Of a stretch of 64,000 nt of DNA, positions 9,777-20,070 are shown in pieces (within the stretch, counting starts at the first letter, position 1; every line of letters starts with the position of its first letter). Below the pieces are notes generated by a model. It was not told where the DNA came from, did no database searches, and worked only from the letters and a program-made list of their open reading frames with translations. The DNA is from an uncultured Chloroflexia bacterium. GTDB taxonomy: Bacteria > Chloroflexota > Anaerolineae > CG2-30-64-16. The position numbers and the translations under genes were made by a program. The stretch is from assembly GCA_963774265.1 (NCBI GenBank), contig CAVZDU010000003.1, positions 352,001 to 416,000 on the forward strand. The letters are read 5' to 3'.

Positions 9777-11834
9777 ATGAGCACTATAGCTGTTCGTTTG
9801 CAGGCGACCCCAGAGGGGTCCACGGGCGTCGTCGTCTTCGCAGCTCTGTTCGCTGCGCCTGAGGACGATGCATCGGCTGCCCTCGAGTGCGCGGCGGCCG
9901 AGGTCGTGACGGGAGATGGTCACCGGTGTGACGCTGGATTGATCTGCCCCCCAACCACGGTGACGTGGCGTGAGCAGCGGCAATGGGTGCTCTGCTCGCA
10001 CACCTATCGCGGATCAGGTCCCTATACGGCCGAGTTGGTTCTCGACGGGATCGTGGCAGCCAGTGTCGTTGTCCAGCCGGCGCAGGCTCAGGCGCGTGGC
10101 CTGGAAGAGGCAGGTGTATCCGAGGCGGTTCCGCTCTTCGTAATCGCGCCTGTGCGGAATGAACCGGCGCAGCGAATGATGACTTTGCACGCGCCGGCGT
10201 TGCTGCCTGGACAGCGGCTGCGCGTGGATGCGGGCGCGGGGCAGGTGCGCGAGCTGGCTGGAGAGCAAGGGCAGGTGGTCACCGCCGAGATGGTCCTGGT
10301 GTACCCCAAGCCTGGGTCTTACCTGGTGACCGTGGACTTGCTCGACGGCGAGGGTTTTTGGCTCGAGACACTGGCTCAAACACCGCTCGACATTTCTGCG
10401 CCTGAGGCAGATGTCGCCGTGGGCTCACCATCATCCGTCACCGAAACGTCCGCGAGAGATGTCGGGATGGCGCAGGCGTCGCAGCCCTGGCTGCCTTACC
10501 GCAATTTCAAACCGAAGACCGGCGGTGCGCGCACCTACAGCCGGCCCGGGGGCGGCACAGTCCGTCGCGTCGCGGGCACGGGTGTGTGGATGACTGCGCG
10601 CCGAGAGACCACGGTCGGCGGCGCAACCTGGTATCAGACGGCCGGCGGCGACTGGATCAGAGCGGATGCGGTTACCTTCTTCACGCCATCCGACCTGCGC
10701 GGCGTGTTGCTCGACGAAGCGGCGCCGCCGCCCCCTCCGCCGGAGCCCCCGCCCCCTTCCGAACAACGCCAGGGAGTCGTCACGGCGAGCAGCCTGAATG
10801 TGCGAGCACGGCCTGGCGTGGGGGCAGGCAGTTCTGTGGTGGGAATGCTGCGCGCAGGTGAAAAAGTCACGATCTACGAGGAGCAGCGCGTGGGTTCCGA
10901 GACGTGGTATCGGATCGGTGTTGACCGCTGGGTCAGCGGCGCCTACATCCGGCTTACCGCAGACACTCAACCCACACCACAGCCCTCCGGCCGTAAGGGC
11001 ATCGTGACGGCAATGACCCTTAACGTGAGGGCTCGGCCCGGTGTCAGCGCGACGAATCCACCGGTGGCCGCACTGCGCGCGGGCGCAGAAGTGACCATCT
11101 ATGAAGAGCGGGCGGTGGCCGGTGAGGTGTGGTACCGGATCGGCACAGATCGCTGGGTTTTGGCCCAATGGGTGCGGGTTGTCGAGGCACTCAACCAGTC
11201 GATAGCCCAGATCCGGCTGGTGGATCAAAAACTCAGCCTGCCTCTCGGTTGGGTTGTGCCCGACAAGCTGGATGTCCGTGCACAACCGGGGGTTGGTGCA
11301 GGCAATCCGGTGATTGCACAGTTGACCCACAACCAGGTGCTGCCCATCCTGGGGGAGACGACTGTGGGCGGTGCGCGTTGGTATCGCGTCGCAGAACAAC
11401 AGTGGGTGGAGGCGCGGCAGGTGGGGGTGGCGCGCAAGCGGCCGCGTCCGTCGAGCATCGGTCCGAGCACGTTGTGGGTGGCGGTCAATTTGTCCCAACA
11501 AACCGTGGTGGCCTACGAGGGCGACCGGCCGGTGTTTGCTGGGCTGGCTGCGACGGGAGTGGCGGGTGCACCGACTGTGCAAGGGATCTTCCGCACGTGG
11601 AGGCGGCTGGAAACAGGCAAGATGTCCGGCCCCGGCTATGACATCGAGGATGTCACGTGGACCTGCTATTTCTACGGCGGGTACGCCTTGCACACCGCCT
11701 ACTGGCACGACAAATTCGGACGCCCGCGCAGCCACGGGTGCGTCAACCTGAGCCCATACGACGCCTGGTGGCTCTATCAGTGGAGTGCGAAGGGCGGGGC
11801 GAATAGCCCGACGGTCTATGTTTATTGGGCATAA
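9777..11834 (+). CDS. L,D-transpeptidase (YkuD) with SH3-like repeats and N-terminal PKD/Ig-like domains
   Basis: LNVRARPG...WYRIG..RWV repeats; VAVNLSQQ, LHTAYWH, RSHGCVNL catalytic motif. Confidence 0.9.
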   Translation: MSTIAVRLQATPEGSTGVVVFAALFAAPEDDASAALECAAAEVVTGDGHRCDAGLICPPTTVTWREQRQWVLCSHTYRGSGPYTAELVLDGIVAASVVVQPAQAQARGLEEAGVSEAVPLFVIAPVRNEPAQRMMTLHAPALLPGQRLRVDAGAGQVRELAGEQGQVVTAEMVLVYPKPGSYLVTVDLLDGEGFWLETLAQTPLDISAPEADVAVGSPSSVTETSARDVGMAQASQPWLPYRNFKPKTGGARTYSRPGGGTVRRVAGTGVWMTARRETTVGGATWYQTAGGDWIRADAVTFFTPSDLRGVLLDEAAPPPPPPEPPPPSEQRQGVVTASSLNVRARPGVGAGSSVVGMLRAGEKVTIYEEQRVGSETWYRIGVDRWVSGAYIRLTADTQPTPQPSGRKGIVTAMTLNVRARPGVSATNPPVAALRAGAEVTIYEERAVAGEVWYRIGTDRWVLAQWVRVVEALNQSIAQIRLVDQKLSLPLGWVVPDKLDVRAQPGVGAGNPVIAQLTHNQVLPILGETTVGGARWYRVAEQQWVEARQVGVARKRPRPSSIGPSTLWVAVNLSQQTVVAYEGDRPVFAGLAATGVAGAPTVQGIFRTWRRLETGKMSGPGYDIEDVTWTCYFYGGYALHTAYWHDKFGRPRSHGCVNLSPYDAWWLYQWSAKGGANSPTVYVYWA

Positions 11835-11854
11835 ACCGAAGTGACGCCTGTTTT

Positions 11855-11883
11855 TTGACAGGAAAGCCAGGACTACGTATAAT
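11855..11883 (+). promoter_or_regulatory. sigma70 promoter of the rplU operon
   Basis: TTGACA-17 bp-TATAAT, perfect consensus. Confidence 0.85.
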
Positions 11884-12011
11884 CAGAGTTCGGTGCGGCC
11901 CTGGTCGGGCCGTTCCATCGCGTTTATTAGCCCTAAATTGTGTGTGGACCGCCAAGTCCAAGTCTCGTCTGCCCCAGGCATGATGAGCGCGGCCCGCCAG
12001 GAGCAAAGAGC

Positions 12012-12329
12012 ATGTTCGTAGTGGTCGAAACCGGCGGAAAGCAATACAAAGCAACGCCGGGGGGGTTCATCGAGGTCGAGAAGCTGCCGGGTGACAAAGG
12101 CGAGCAGATCACGTTGGACCGGGTTCTTCTGGTTGCCGATGGCGAAAACGTGACTATCGGACAGCCGTTCATCAAGGGTGCGACCGTGGTGACGACGGTG
12201 GCGCTGCAAGCGCGGCGCCGCAAGGTGCTGCACTTCCTGTACGCGCCTAAGAAGCGCGAACGCAAAAAGACGGGTCACCGCCAGCCCTTCACGCGGTTGC
12301 GGATCGAGTCGGTCCAGGGTCTGGTTTAA
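12012..12329 (+). CDS. rplU: 50S ribosomal protein L21
   Basis: MFVVVETGGKQYK...GHRQPFT. Confidence 0.97.
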   Translation: MFVVVETGGKQYKATPGGFIEVEKLPGDKGEQITLDRVLLVADGENVTIGQPFIKGATVVTTVALQARRRKVLHFLYAPKKRERKKTGHRQPFTRLRIESVQGLV

Positions 12330-12341
12330 GGGAGATTTGAA

Positions 12342-12596
12342 ATGGCTCACAAAAAAGGTGGCGGTTCCAGCCGCAACGGTCGTGATAGCGTCGGCCAACG
12401 CCTCGGCGTGAAAAAATACGGCGGAGAGCACGTGCTCTCCGGCAATATCATCATTCGCCAGCACGGCACCAAGTTCCATGCCGGCCTCAACACAGACCTT
12501 GGTAGGGATTTCACCCTCTTCGCAACGGCTGAAGGTTTCGTTAAGTTCGAGCTGAAGAACGGGCGCAAGGTCGTGAGCGTTTATCCAGAGGCATAA
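12342..12596 (+). CDS. rpmA: 50S ribosomal protein L27
   Basis: [16 protein letters not shown]. Confidence 0.98.
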   Translation: MAHKKGGGSSRNGRDSVGQRLGVKKYGGEHVLSGNIIIRQHGTKFHAGLNTDLGRDFTLFATAEGFVKFELKNGRKVVSVYPEA

Positions 12597-12598
12597 CT

Positions 12599-12892
12599 AT
12601 GAAGGCAAAAATTCACCCCAAGTACTATCCCGAAGCGCGGATCATCTGTGCATGCGGTAATACCTATACGACCGGCTCGACAGCGCCGGAGCTGAAGGTA
12701 GACATCTGTTCGCAGTGCCACCCATTCTACACGGGTGAGCAGCGCATCGTTGACACCGCCGGCCAGGTCGATCGCTTCATGAAGCGGCTTGAGCGCACTG
12801 CGGACACGGTCGACACGATCCGCTCGCAGCAAGACATCCAGAAGCGCACTGTCCAGGAGCAGCGGCTGGCCAGGCGCCGCGGCGACGCATAG
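12599..12892 (+). CDS. rpmE: 50S ribosomal protein L31 (zinc-binding type)
   Basis: [25 protein letters not shown]. Confidence 0.97.
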   Translation: MKAKIHPKYYPEARIICACGNTYTTGSTAPELKVDICSQCHPFYTGEQRIVDTAGQVDRFMKRLERTADTVDTIRSQQDIQKRTVQEQRLARRRGDA

Positions 12893-12936
12893 TCGATTAC
12901 CGCTAACCCTCCAAAGCCAGTAGATTGACTGCAGAG

Positions 12937-12972
12937 AGCTGGATGCCGTTGACCCGGCGTCCAGCTTTTTTT
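12937..12972 (+). terminator. intrinsic terminator after rpmE
   Basis: agctggatgccg-loop-cggcgtccagct followed by a T-run. Confidence 0.85.
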
Positions 12973-13009
12973 CACCTCAAGAAGGCTCTACCAGCAAAGG
13001 ACGTGACGC

Positions 13010-13615
13010 ATGCCTCCCTACTTCCAGCCGAGAGGCGGGTGGATCGAGATCATCTGCGGAAGTATGTTCAGTGGCAAGACCGAGGAATTGATCCGCCGGG
13101 TGCGCCGGGCGGAAATCGCCCGCCAGCGCGTTCAGGTATTCAAGCCGCGGATCGACAATCGATATGACCTCATGCGCGTTGCCTCGCATGACGGCGGGCA
13201 TTACACGGCCGAGGTGATCGAGCGCGCGAGCGAGGTTTTGGAGAAGCTTAACCCCGAGACGACTGTGGTCGCGATCGATGAGGCGCAGTTCTTTGATTGG
13301 AGCGTGGCGGATGTCGCGCGACTGCTGGCCGACCGGGGGCTGCGGGTGATCATCACCGGGCTCGATCTGGACTTTCGCGGCGAGCCGTTCGGGCCGATGC
13401 CGTTGCTGATGGCCGAGGCCGAGATGGTGGATAAGCTACATGCGATCTGCATCCAGTGTGGAGCGGCCGCGAGCCGCACCCAGCGGCTGATCAACGGCCA
13501 GCCGGCACGTTACACGGACCCGATTATCCTGGTCGGCGCGAGCGAGGTATACGAAGCGCGGTGCCGCGAGCACCACGAGGTGCCGGGCAGGCCGGACCGG
13601 CTGTCAGAAGCATAA
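13010..13615 (+). CDS. tdk: thymidine kinase
   Basis: [38 protein letters not shown]. Confidence 0.97.
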   Translation: MPPYFQPRGGWIEIICGSMFSGKTEELIRRVRRAEIARQRVQVFKPRIDNRYDLMRVASHDGGHYTAEVIERASEVLEKLNPETTVVAIDEAQFFDWSVADVARLLADRGLRVIITGLDLDFRGEPFGPMPLLMAEAEMVDKLHAICIQCGAAASRTQRLINGQPARYTDPIILVGASEVYEARCREHHEVPGRPDRLSEA

Positions 13616-13619
13616 CAGC

Positions 13620-14642
13620 TTATCCGGCCACGATGCGGTCAAGGATGGCTTGCAGTTCCGGCGGCAGCGGCGCGCTGAACCCGACGAATTCGCCGGTCGC
13701 AGGCAGCCTGAACCGCAACCGATGCGCGTGGAGAAACTGGCGGGGGCAGGCAAACGGCAGCTTGCGCCGTGGGCCGTAAACCTCATCGCCCACGATGGGG
13801 TGATTGACATGCGCCAGGTGGACGCGAATCTGGTGCGTCCGTCCTGTCAGCGGGCGGCAGGCCAGCAGACTCAGCCGTTCGCCGGTCGAGGGCATGCGGT
13901 AGGTGGCCAGGGTTTCATAGCGGGTGGTTGCGGGCCGTCCCTGGCTGGCTGCCATGACGCCCATCCGTTTCCGCTCCCGCGGGTCGCGGCCGATGGCCGC
14001 GCTGATCTCGCCTCGCTCCGGATTCATCCCTCCGTACACCAGCGCAAGATATTCCTTTTCGACTTCACGCGCCTTGAACTGGGACTGGAGGTTGCGATTT
14101 GTCGCATCGTTCTTGGCGACGACGATCACGCCCGACGTGTCTTTGTCCAGACGATGGACGATGCCGGGCCGGTGCACGCCGCCGATCCCTTCCAGGTCAG
14201 GCACATGGTATAGCACAGCATTCACCAGCGTGCCGTGCCAGTTGCCGGCCGCAGGATGCACGACCATGCCCGCCGGTTTGTTGATGACGAGCAGGTCGCT
14301 GTCCTCGTACAGCACGTCGAGTGGAATGTCCTCAGGCTTGACATCGTAGATCTCGGGCGGCGGGACGACCACATCGATGGCATCTCCTTCGCTCACCCGG
14401 TGGCTTGCCTTCAACGCCCGGCCCGCCAAAGTGACTTGCCCTGCTTCCATCCACCGCTGCACTTCGGCGCGTGAGCGGTCGGGCAGTTGACCCGCCAGCC
14501 ATTTGTCCAGACGGTCGCCGCTGGATGCCGCGACCAGCGTGAGAGGCTCGCCCTCGCCTTCCAGGTCGGCAGGGTCCTCAAACAAAACTTCGGAAGCCCC
14601 GCGGGCTTCCGAAGCATCTTTCTCCCCTTTCGAAGGCGTCAT
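13620..14642 (-). CDS. rluD: RluA/RluD family 23S rRNA pseudouridine synthase
   Basis: S4 domain, INKPAGMVVHP, HRLDKDTSG, TGRTHQIRVH, LHA. Confidence 0.92.
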   Translation of the reverse strand: MTPSKGEKDASEARGASEVLFEDPADLEGEGEPLTLVAASSGDRLDKWLAGQLPDRSRAEVQRWMEAGQVTLAGRALKASHRVSEGDAIDVVVPPPEIYDVKPEDIPLDVLYEDSDLLVINKPAGMVVHPAAGNWHGTLVNAVLYHVPDLEGIGGVHRPGIVHRLDKDTSGVIVVAKNDATNRNLQSQFKAREVEKEYLALVYGGMNPERGEISAAIGRDPRERKRMGVMAASQGRPATTRYETLATYRMPSTGERLSLLACRPLTGRTHQIRVHLAHVNHPIVGDEVYGPRRKLPFACPRQFLHAHRLRFRLPATGEFVGFSAPLPPELQAILDRIVAG

Positions 14643-15190
14643 TCTGCGTGCCCTGGCGCCTGGACCTCAGCGCGCTGTGACTCGCTTCGCAACAGCAGAA
14701 TGGCCAGCAGGATGGTGCCGACCACGATCGAGCCGTCTGCGATATTCCACGCCGGCCACTGATAGACGCGTCCGCCTACCGGCAGGGTAAAGAGGAGAAA
14801 ATCAGTAACGAGGCCGCCCTGGGTCAGGCGGTCGACAAGATTGCCAAACGCGCCGCCGAGCTGGAGCCCGAGAGCGATGCGCGTCGCCCAGTTATCGTCC
14901 ACAATGTGACGGGAGTAAACGAGCACCACGATGATGACCACTACGGCCACCACGATGAACAGACCCGCCTGCCCGCGCAGCAGCCCGAACGCCGCGCCGG
15001 AGTTCTGGAAGTGCACCAGGTTGAAGTATTGGCTGAGGTTGGGGAAGGGGGCTAACTGGCCATAGAGCGGGATGTTGGCTTCGATGAGATTCTTGGTCCA
15101 CTGGTCAAGGCAGACGATGACGACCGCGATGGCCAGAATCCAGAGCCAGCGTAAGTTACGCATATATACGACGGTTCTCCTGCGCACCAC
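14639..15190 (-). CDS. lspA: lipoprotein signal peptidase II
   Basis: DQWTK, NSGAAFG, GAFGNLVDR, WNIAD; start may be ATG 15163. Confidence 0.95.
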   Translation of the reverse strand: MVRRRTVVYMRNLRWLWILAIAVVIVCLDQWTKNLIEANIPLYGQLAPFPNLSQYFNLVHFQNSGAAFGLLRGQAGLFIVVAVVVIIVVLVYSRHIVDDNWATRIALGLQLGGAFGNLVDRLTQGGLVTDFLLFTLPVGGRVYQWPAWNIADGSIVVGTILLAILLLRSESQRAEVQAPGHAE

Positions 15191-15268
15191 GTTCGCGGCG
15201 CGCGTTTGCTGATGAGCACCTGCCCACGATGGACGGGCTCAGTCGGATTCGGGCAAGAGTCCAGGAAT

Positions 15269-15616
15269 TCACAACTCGATCAGGCGTTGGCAGTTCATGC
15301 ACAGGTTGGCTTCGGGAACGGCCTTGAGACGCGCGAAATCAATCTCGTCGTTGCACCGTTCGCACCTGCCATAGCTGTTTTCGGCAATTCGTTGGAGCGC
15401 GCTTTCCACATCCGCCAGGGAGCGCTCGTGTACCCGTCGCAATGAGATGGTGGTCGCCTGATCAAACGCCGCGGTAGCATCTTCCGCCATGTGATTTCCG
15501 AGTCCTACCGAGGCTTCCTGGGCCGCGTCTTCCAATCCGATAAGTTGTTGCTTGAGAGAGGCCTGCTGTTCCAGGAGATAACCGCGCAGGCGCTCAATTC
15601 TTTCCGTTGACAACAT
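15269..15616 (-). CDS. TraR/DksA C4 zinc-finger protein
   Basis: NHMAEDAT, YGRCERC...RLKAVP...LCMNC. Confidence 0.9.
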   Translation of the reverse strand: MLSTERIERLRGYLLEQQASLKQQLIGLEDAAQEASVGLGNHMAEDATAAFDQATTISLRRVHERSLADVESALQRIAENSYGRCERCNDEIDFARLKAVPEANLCMNCQRLIEL

Positions 15617-15709
15617 GGGCTGTCCTTGCAGGAGTATCGTGCTACTCCATGATAGACGGCAATTCGGCTGGCATTACTGCCCGAGCGCGTATTCTAGCTT
15701 GAAGCGGGC

Positions 15710-15754
15710 GAAAGAGCAAAGACGCGAATGTCTCTGCGTCCGGGCATTCGCGTC
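15710..15754 (-). terminator. probable terminator after ileS
   Basis: gacgcgaatg/cattcgcgtc inverted repeat followed on the minus strand by tttgctcttt. Confidence 0.6.
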
Positions 15755-15769
15755 CCGATGGACCGAAGC

Positions 15770-18700
15770 TTAAGCCTTTCGCACTCCTATCATCACGTCC
15801 TCGCCATCAAGTTTCAGGCTCACAGTGAACGCCCCTGCCGCCGGCGCGCCCTGGGTGAGGCGCGCCGAGAGCGTCTCACGCGCGATCTCTTCGCCGAATT
15901 CGGCCCACATGGGCGAGAGGGCGGGACCCGATTGCACTGTCGTGTGGATCCGGTCGCTGATCTCGAAGCCCGACTTCTTGCGTAGCTCCTGGATGTTGCG
16001 GACGACCTCGCGAGCGATGCCTTCCCAGCGCAACATGTCGGTCAGCTCCGTGGTCACTGCGACCAGGCAGCCGGCATCCTCGGCAACTGCCAGGCCGGGC
16101 TTCGGCTGCTTGCGCACCTGTACCTCGTCCGGCAGCACCTGGATCGTCTCCCCATCGACCCTTACCGCCACGGGTTGCCCCCCCTCCAAGGCGTGGGCAA
16201 CGGTCAGCGGATCAAGTTCCAGCAGGGCAGCCTTGATCGCCGGGAATTTGCGGCCATGCTTCTGACCGAGCTGTTTGGGCAAGGGGTGGATCTGGACGTC
16301 GACCAGCTCGCTGCCCGCGGCGACCGTGTGCAGCGCCTTCACGTTTAGTTCCTCTTTGATGACTTCGTCGGCCAGCCGCATCACTGCCTCGGCATCGCCC
16401 TTGGCCGGCACGCCGACGAAAGCCTCGGCCAGGGGTTGGCGAAGCTTGAGAGACGCACTCTCGCGCGCCGCTCGACCCAGGCCTACGACCTTCTGCGCGA
16501 GCGCCATGTCGGCGAGGAGCTGCCCGTCCTCATGCAGCGGGTTCGGCTCGGGCCACCGGCTCAGATGCACGCTGATGGCCGCTTGACGCTCCTGAAGGCA
16601 CATGCCGCCGCCCACCAGGTTGCAGTACATCTCATCCGCCAGGAACGGCGTGGAAGGCGCAAGCAGGTGCGAAAGGGTGACCAATACTTCGTACATGGTC
16701 TGGTGCGCGGCCAGGCTCAGGCGCTGGCTACGGGCATCCGCCTCCACGTTCCAGAAGCGCCGCCGGCTGAGGCGCACGTACCAGGTGCTCAGCTCATCGA
16801 CGAAGTCCTGGATCGGCCGCGTGGCCCCCGTGACATCATACGTCTCCAGCGCCTGTGTCACGGTTGTGACCAGGTCGTGCAGCTTGGCGAGCACCCAACG
16901 ATCGAGCACTGACCGCTCGGCCAGCGGCAGGGGCTTTGTGGCCGGGTCGAAGTTGTTCAGATTGGCATAGGTTACGAAGAAGCTGTAGCTGTTCCACAGC
17001 GGGAGAATGAATCGGCCAACCACCTCTTTGACCAGGTTCGCGCTGAAGCGGCGGGTGTTGCCGGCGGGGCTGGCAGTGTACATGTACCAGCGCGTGGCGT
17101 CTGCGCCGTGCAGGTCGAACACGGTCCACGGGTTGATCACGTTGCCGCGGCTCTTCGACATCTTGCTGCCATCTTCGGCGACGATATGCCCCAGGCAGAT
17201 GACGTTCTTGAACGAAGGCGTGCCGAACAGCAGCGTGCTCACGGCATGAAGAGTATAGAACCAACCGCGCGTCTGGTCGATGGCCTCGCAGATGTAATCC
17301 GCGGGGAATTGCTCGGCAAAGACTTCGCGGTTCTCGAAGGGGTAGTGCCACTGGGCGACAGGCATGGAGCCGGAGTCGAACCAGGCGTCGGCCACCTCGC
17401 GCACGCGGCGCAGCGTGCCTTCACCGCATTTCTCGCATTTCCAGGTCAGTTCATCCACCGCAGGCCGGTGCAGATCCAGCGGCTCCACGTCTTCCTGGGC
17501 CGGGTCGGGCCAGCGGTCAAGTTGTTGGGCCAGGTAGCGCGGGCTCATGAAGCGGCGCCCGGTCTTCAGGCTGAGTTCCGCGACCGACCCGATGCACTCC
17601 TGATGACCGCATTGCGGGTTGTCGCAGATCCAGAACGGCAGCGGGGTGCCCCAGTAGCGCTCGCGCGCGAGTCCCCAGTCGATGTTGTTTTCCAGCCACT
17701 CGCCGAAACGGCCGTCCCGGATGTGCTCAGGAACCCAGTTGATCAGTTGGTTGTTCGCCACCAACTGGTCCTTGAGCGCGGTGGTCTTGATGTACCAGGT
17801 GCTGCGCGCGTAGTAGAGCAGCGGCGTGTCGCAGCGCCAACAGAACGGGTAGGTGTGCTCGTAGATGCCTTGCTTGAACATGAGGCCGCGTTCGGTCAGC
17901 TCGCGCTGGATATACGTGTCGGCCTCCTTGACGAACACCCCGCGCCACGGATCCACTTCATCGATGAAACGGCCGCTGGCATCGATGGTCATCAGGGTCG
18001 GCAGGCCGAACTTGCGGCCCACTTCCATGTCATCCGCGCCGAACGCCGGCGCGATATGGACGAGGCCCGTGCCGTCTTCAGTGCTCACGAAGTCGCCGGG
18101 GATCACGTAGCAGTAATCCTGCGTCACAGGCAGGAAGGTGTAAAGCGGCTTGTAGTGCAGACCCAGCAGTTCTTTGCCCTTGGCTTTGCGCAGGACCTGT
18201 ACATGGTCCGCGTGCGCTTCGAACACCTTGCCCATGAGCGCCTCGGCCAGCCACAGCTTATCATCCCCGTGCTGCACCAGGACATAGTCGATCTTCTCGC
18301 CCACGGCCACCGCGACGTTGCCCGGCAGGGTCCAGGGCGTCGTGGTCCAGACGAGGAGGTAGACACCGGGCTGATCCTTGAGCGGGAACTTGACGAAGAT
18401 GCTCGGGTCTTTCGTTCCTTCCTGGTAACCCAGCGCCAGCTCGTGGCTGCTCAGGGGCGTGCCGCAGCGCGGGCAATAGGGGACGACTTTGTATCCCTGG
18501 TAGATCAGGCCGCGATCCCAGTACTGCTTGAGGATCCACCACAATGACTCGACATAATCATTGGTGAGCGTGCGATAGGCGGTGGGCAGATCGACCCAGT
18601 AACCCATGCGCTCCGTGAGCTTCTCCCAGTCATCCACATAGTCGAAGACACTCTGACGGCATAGCCGGTTGAACTCGGTGACCCCATAGTCTTCAATGGA

Positions 18701-19024
18701 CTTCTTGCCCGTGAAGCCCAGCTTTTTCTCAACCTCAAGCTCGACAGGAAGGCCATGGGTGTCCCAGCCGCCCTTACGCGAGACGTAGTAGCCGCGCATG
18801 GTCCGGTAGCGCGGGAAGATATCCTTGAAGGCACGCGCAAGGACGTGGTGGATGCCTGGGCGGCCATTTGCCGTTGGCGGTCCCTCGTAAAATACATAGC
18901 GCGGCCCATCGCGAGTCTGTTCGATCGTTTGCTTGAAGACGTCTGCCTGCTTCCAGAATGTCAGCACACCTTGCTCCATTTCGGGCAGGTTCACCTGGGG
19001 AGAGACGTCCTTGAATCTGGGCAT
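15770..19024 (-). CDS. ileS: isoleucine--tRNA ligase (type II)
   Basis: GPPTANGRPGIHH, GWDTHGLPVE, WTTTPWTLP, GTGLVH, RERYWGTPLP, DQTRGWF, KMSKS. Confidence 0.97.
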   Translation of the reverse strand: MPRFKDVSPQVNLPEMEQGVLTFWKQADVFKQTIEQTRDGPRYVFYEGPPTANGRPGIHHVLARAFKDIFPRYRTMRGYYVSRKGGWDTHGLPVELEVEKKLGFTGKKSIEDYGVTEFNRLCRQSVFDYVDDWEKLTERMGYWVDLPTAYRTLTNDYVESLWWILKQYWDRGLIYQGYKVVPYCPRCGTPLSSHELALGYQEGTKDPSIFVKFPLKDQPGVYLLVWTTTPWTLPGNVAVAVGEKIDYVLVQHGDDKLWLAEALMGKVFEAHADHVQVLRKAKGKELLGLHYKPLYTFLPVTQDYCYVIPGDFVSTEDGTGLVHIAPAFGADDMEVGRKFGLPTLMTIDASGRFIDEVDPWRGVFVKEADTYIQRELTERGLMFKQGIYEHTYPFCWRCDTPLLYYARSTWYIKTTALKDQLVANNQLINWVPEHIRDGRFGEWLENNIDWGLARERYWGTPLPFWICDNPQCGHQECIGSVAELSLKTGRRFMSPRYLAQQLDRWPDPAQEDVEPLDLHRPAVDELTWKCEKCGEGTLRRVREVADAWFDSGSMPVAQWHYPFENREVFAEQFPADYICEAIDQTRGWFYTLHAVSTLLFGTPSFKNVICLGHIVAEDGSKMSKSRGNVINPWTVFDLHGADATRWYMYTASPAGNTRRFSANLVKEVVGRFILPLWNSYSFFVTYANLNNFDPATKPLPLAERSVLDRWVLAKLHDLVTTVTQALETYDVTGATRPIQDFVDELSTWYVRLSRRRFWNVEADARSQRLSLAAHQTMYEVLVTLSHLLAPSTPFLADEMYCNLVGGGMCLQERQAAISVHLSRWPEPNPLHEDGQLLADMALAQKVVGLGRAARESASLKLRQPLAEAFVGVPAKGDAEAVMRLADEVIKEELNVKALHTVAAGSELVDVQIHPLPKQLGQKHGRKFPAIKAALLELDPLTVAHALEGGQPVAVRVDGETIQVLPDEVQVRKQPKPGLAVAEDAGCLVAVTTELTDMLRWEGIAREVVRNIQELRKKSGFEISDRIHTTVQSGPALSPMWAEFGEEIARETLSARLTQGAPAAGAFTVSLKLDGEDVMIGVRKA

Positions 19025-19038
19025 AATTCCTCCAACCC

Positions 19039-20070
19039 TCAATTTGCACTCGCCAGCGTCACCATGACAGCCCGATGATCAGATCCCGTAGATGACCTGA
19101 GGGTCTGCGCTTCAACGGTGCGCCAGTGGCGCGAATGAAATATGTAGTCGATGCGAGTTTGGAACAGCAGACCAGCGACTCTGCCCATTCCCCACTCGTC
19201 CGCGGGCCAGGTGAATCCGTAGCCGCGGCCAACGCTCTTGAATGCGTCAACCATGCGCGTGCCCATGCACCGGTACGCGTCGCTGAACTCACCCATGTTA
19301 AAATCGCCGGCAACGATGACCGGGATACTGCCCGAGCCTTGCCCGGACGCCAGCCACTGGTCGATGTACCCGCAGATGGACTCGATCTGCGCCTCGCGCC
19401 CCCTGAAGCCCTCAGTGAGCTGCTCGACCGGCTCGTTATGCGAACGAGTTCCCCCGACGACAGATCTCAGATGGACGCCCACGAACCGCACGACCCCGTG
19501 TGGCGTCGTCACATCTGCCACCGCCGACCGGAGATTTAGTCCGGTTTCCAGGCTTCCCAGTTCTTGCATGGGCCAGCGGCTGTAGATGCTCACGCCGTCT
19601 TTCGCACGCGCCCCCTGCTCCAGGGTGCGATACGGGTAGGCGTCACCGATGGCCGCGGCCAGCGCGGCGTCCTGCCTGGTGGTGAGCTCGGCCAGCGCGA
19701 TGATGTCGGGCTGTTCGGCGGTGATGGCCGCGGCCATCGCACCGACGTCGCGGTTGCTGACCAGCACGTTCAGGGCCATCACCCGCACGGACGGTTGATC
19801 CGGCTCGACCTTGGCGCCTCTCGGAATGAACCGCCACCCGAAGAAGGCCAGCCACAGGACCGCGGGGATCAACGCAGTGACGATCGATACGGGCCGGCGG
19901 TCGATCGCGGCCAACAGCAGCGCGACCGGCGTCAACACGAACGGCGCGGTCGGCAAGCTGTTGAGCAGCGCGAGCACCAGCAGTTGGTCGCCCCACACGG
20001 CGCGGGCCAGCAACCAGACGACGATGGCGGCCGCGTAGAGAACCAGGAGCGCAGGGATCAATCGCTTCAC
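19039..20070 (-). CDS. membrane-anchored endonuclease/exonuclease/phosphatase family protein
   Basis: 3 N-terminal TMs, MALNV, PDIIALAE, VAGDFN, RIDYIF, SDHR. Confidence 0.9.
   Translation of the reverse strand: MKRLIPALLVLYAAAIVVWLLARAVWGDQLLVLALLNSLPTAPFVLTPVALLLAAIDRRPVSIVTALIPAVLWLAFFGWRFIPRGAKVEPDQPSVRVMALNVLVSNRDVGAMAAAITAEQPDIIALAELTTRQDAALAAAIGDAYPYRTLEQGARAKDGVSIYSRWPMQELGSLETGLNLRSAVADVTTPHGVVRFVGVHLRSVVGGTRSHNEPVEQLTEGFRGREAQIESICGYIDQWLASGQGSGSIPVIVAGDFNMGEFSDAYRCMGTRMVDAFKSVGRGYGFTWPADEWGMGRVAGLLFQTRIDYIFHSRHWRTVEAQTLRSSTGSDHRAVMVTLASAN

Noticed and set aside
12329-12342. Absence of prp/ysxB between rplU and rpmA
   Set aside because: Expected, because this L27 has no N-terminal extension
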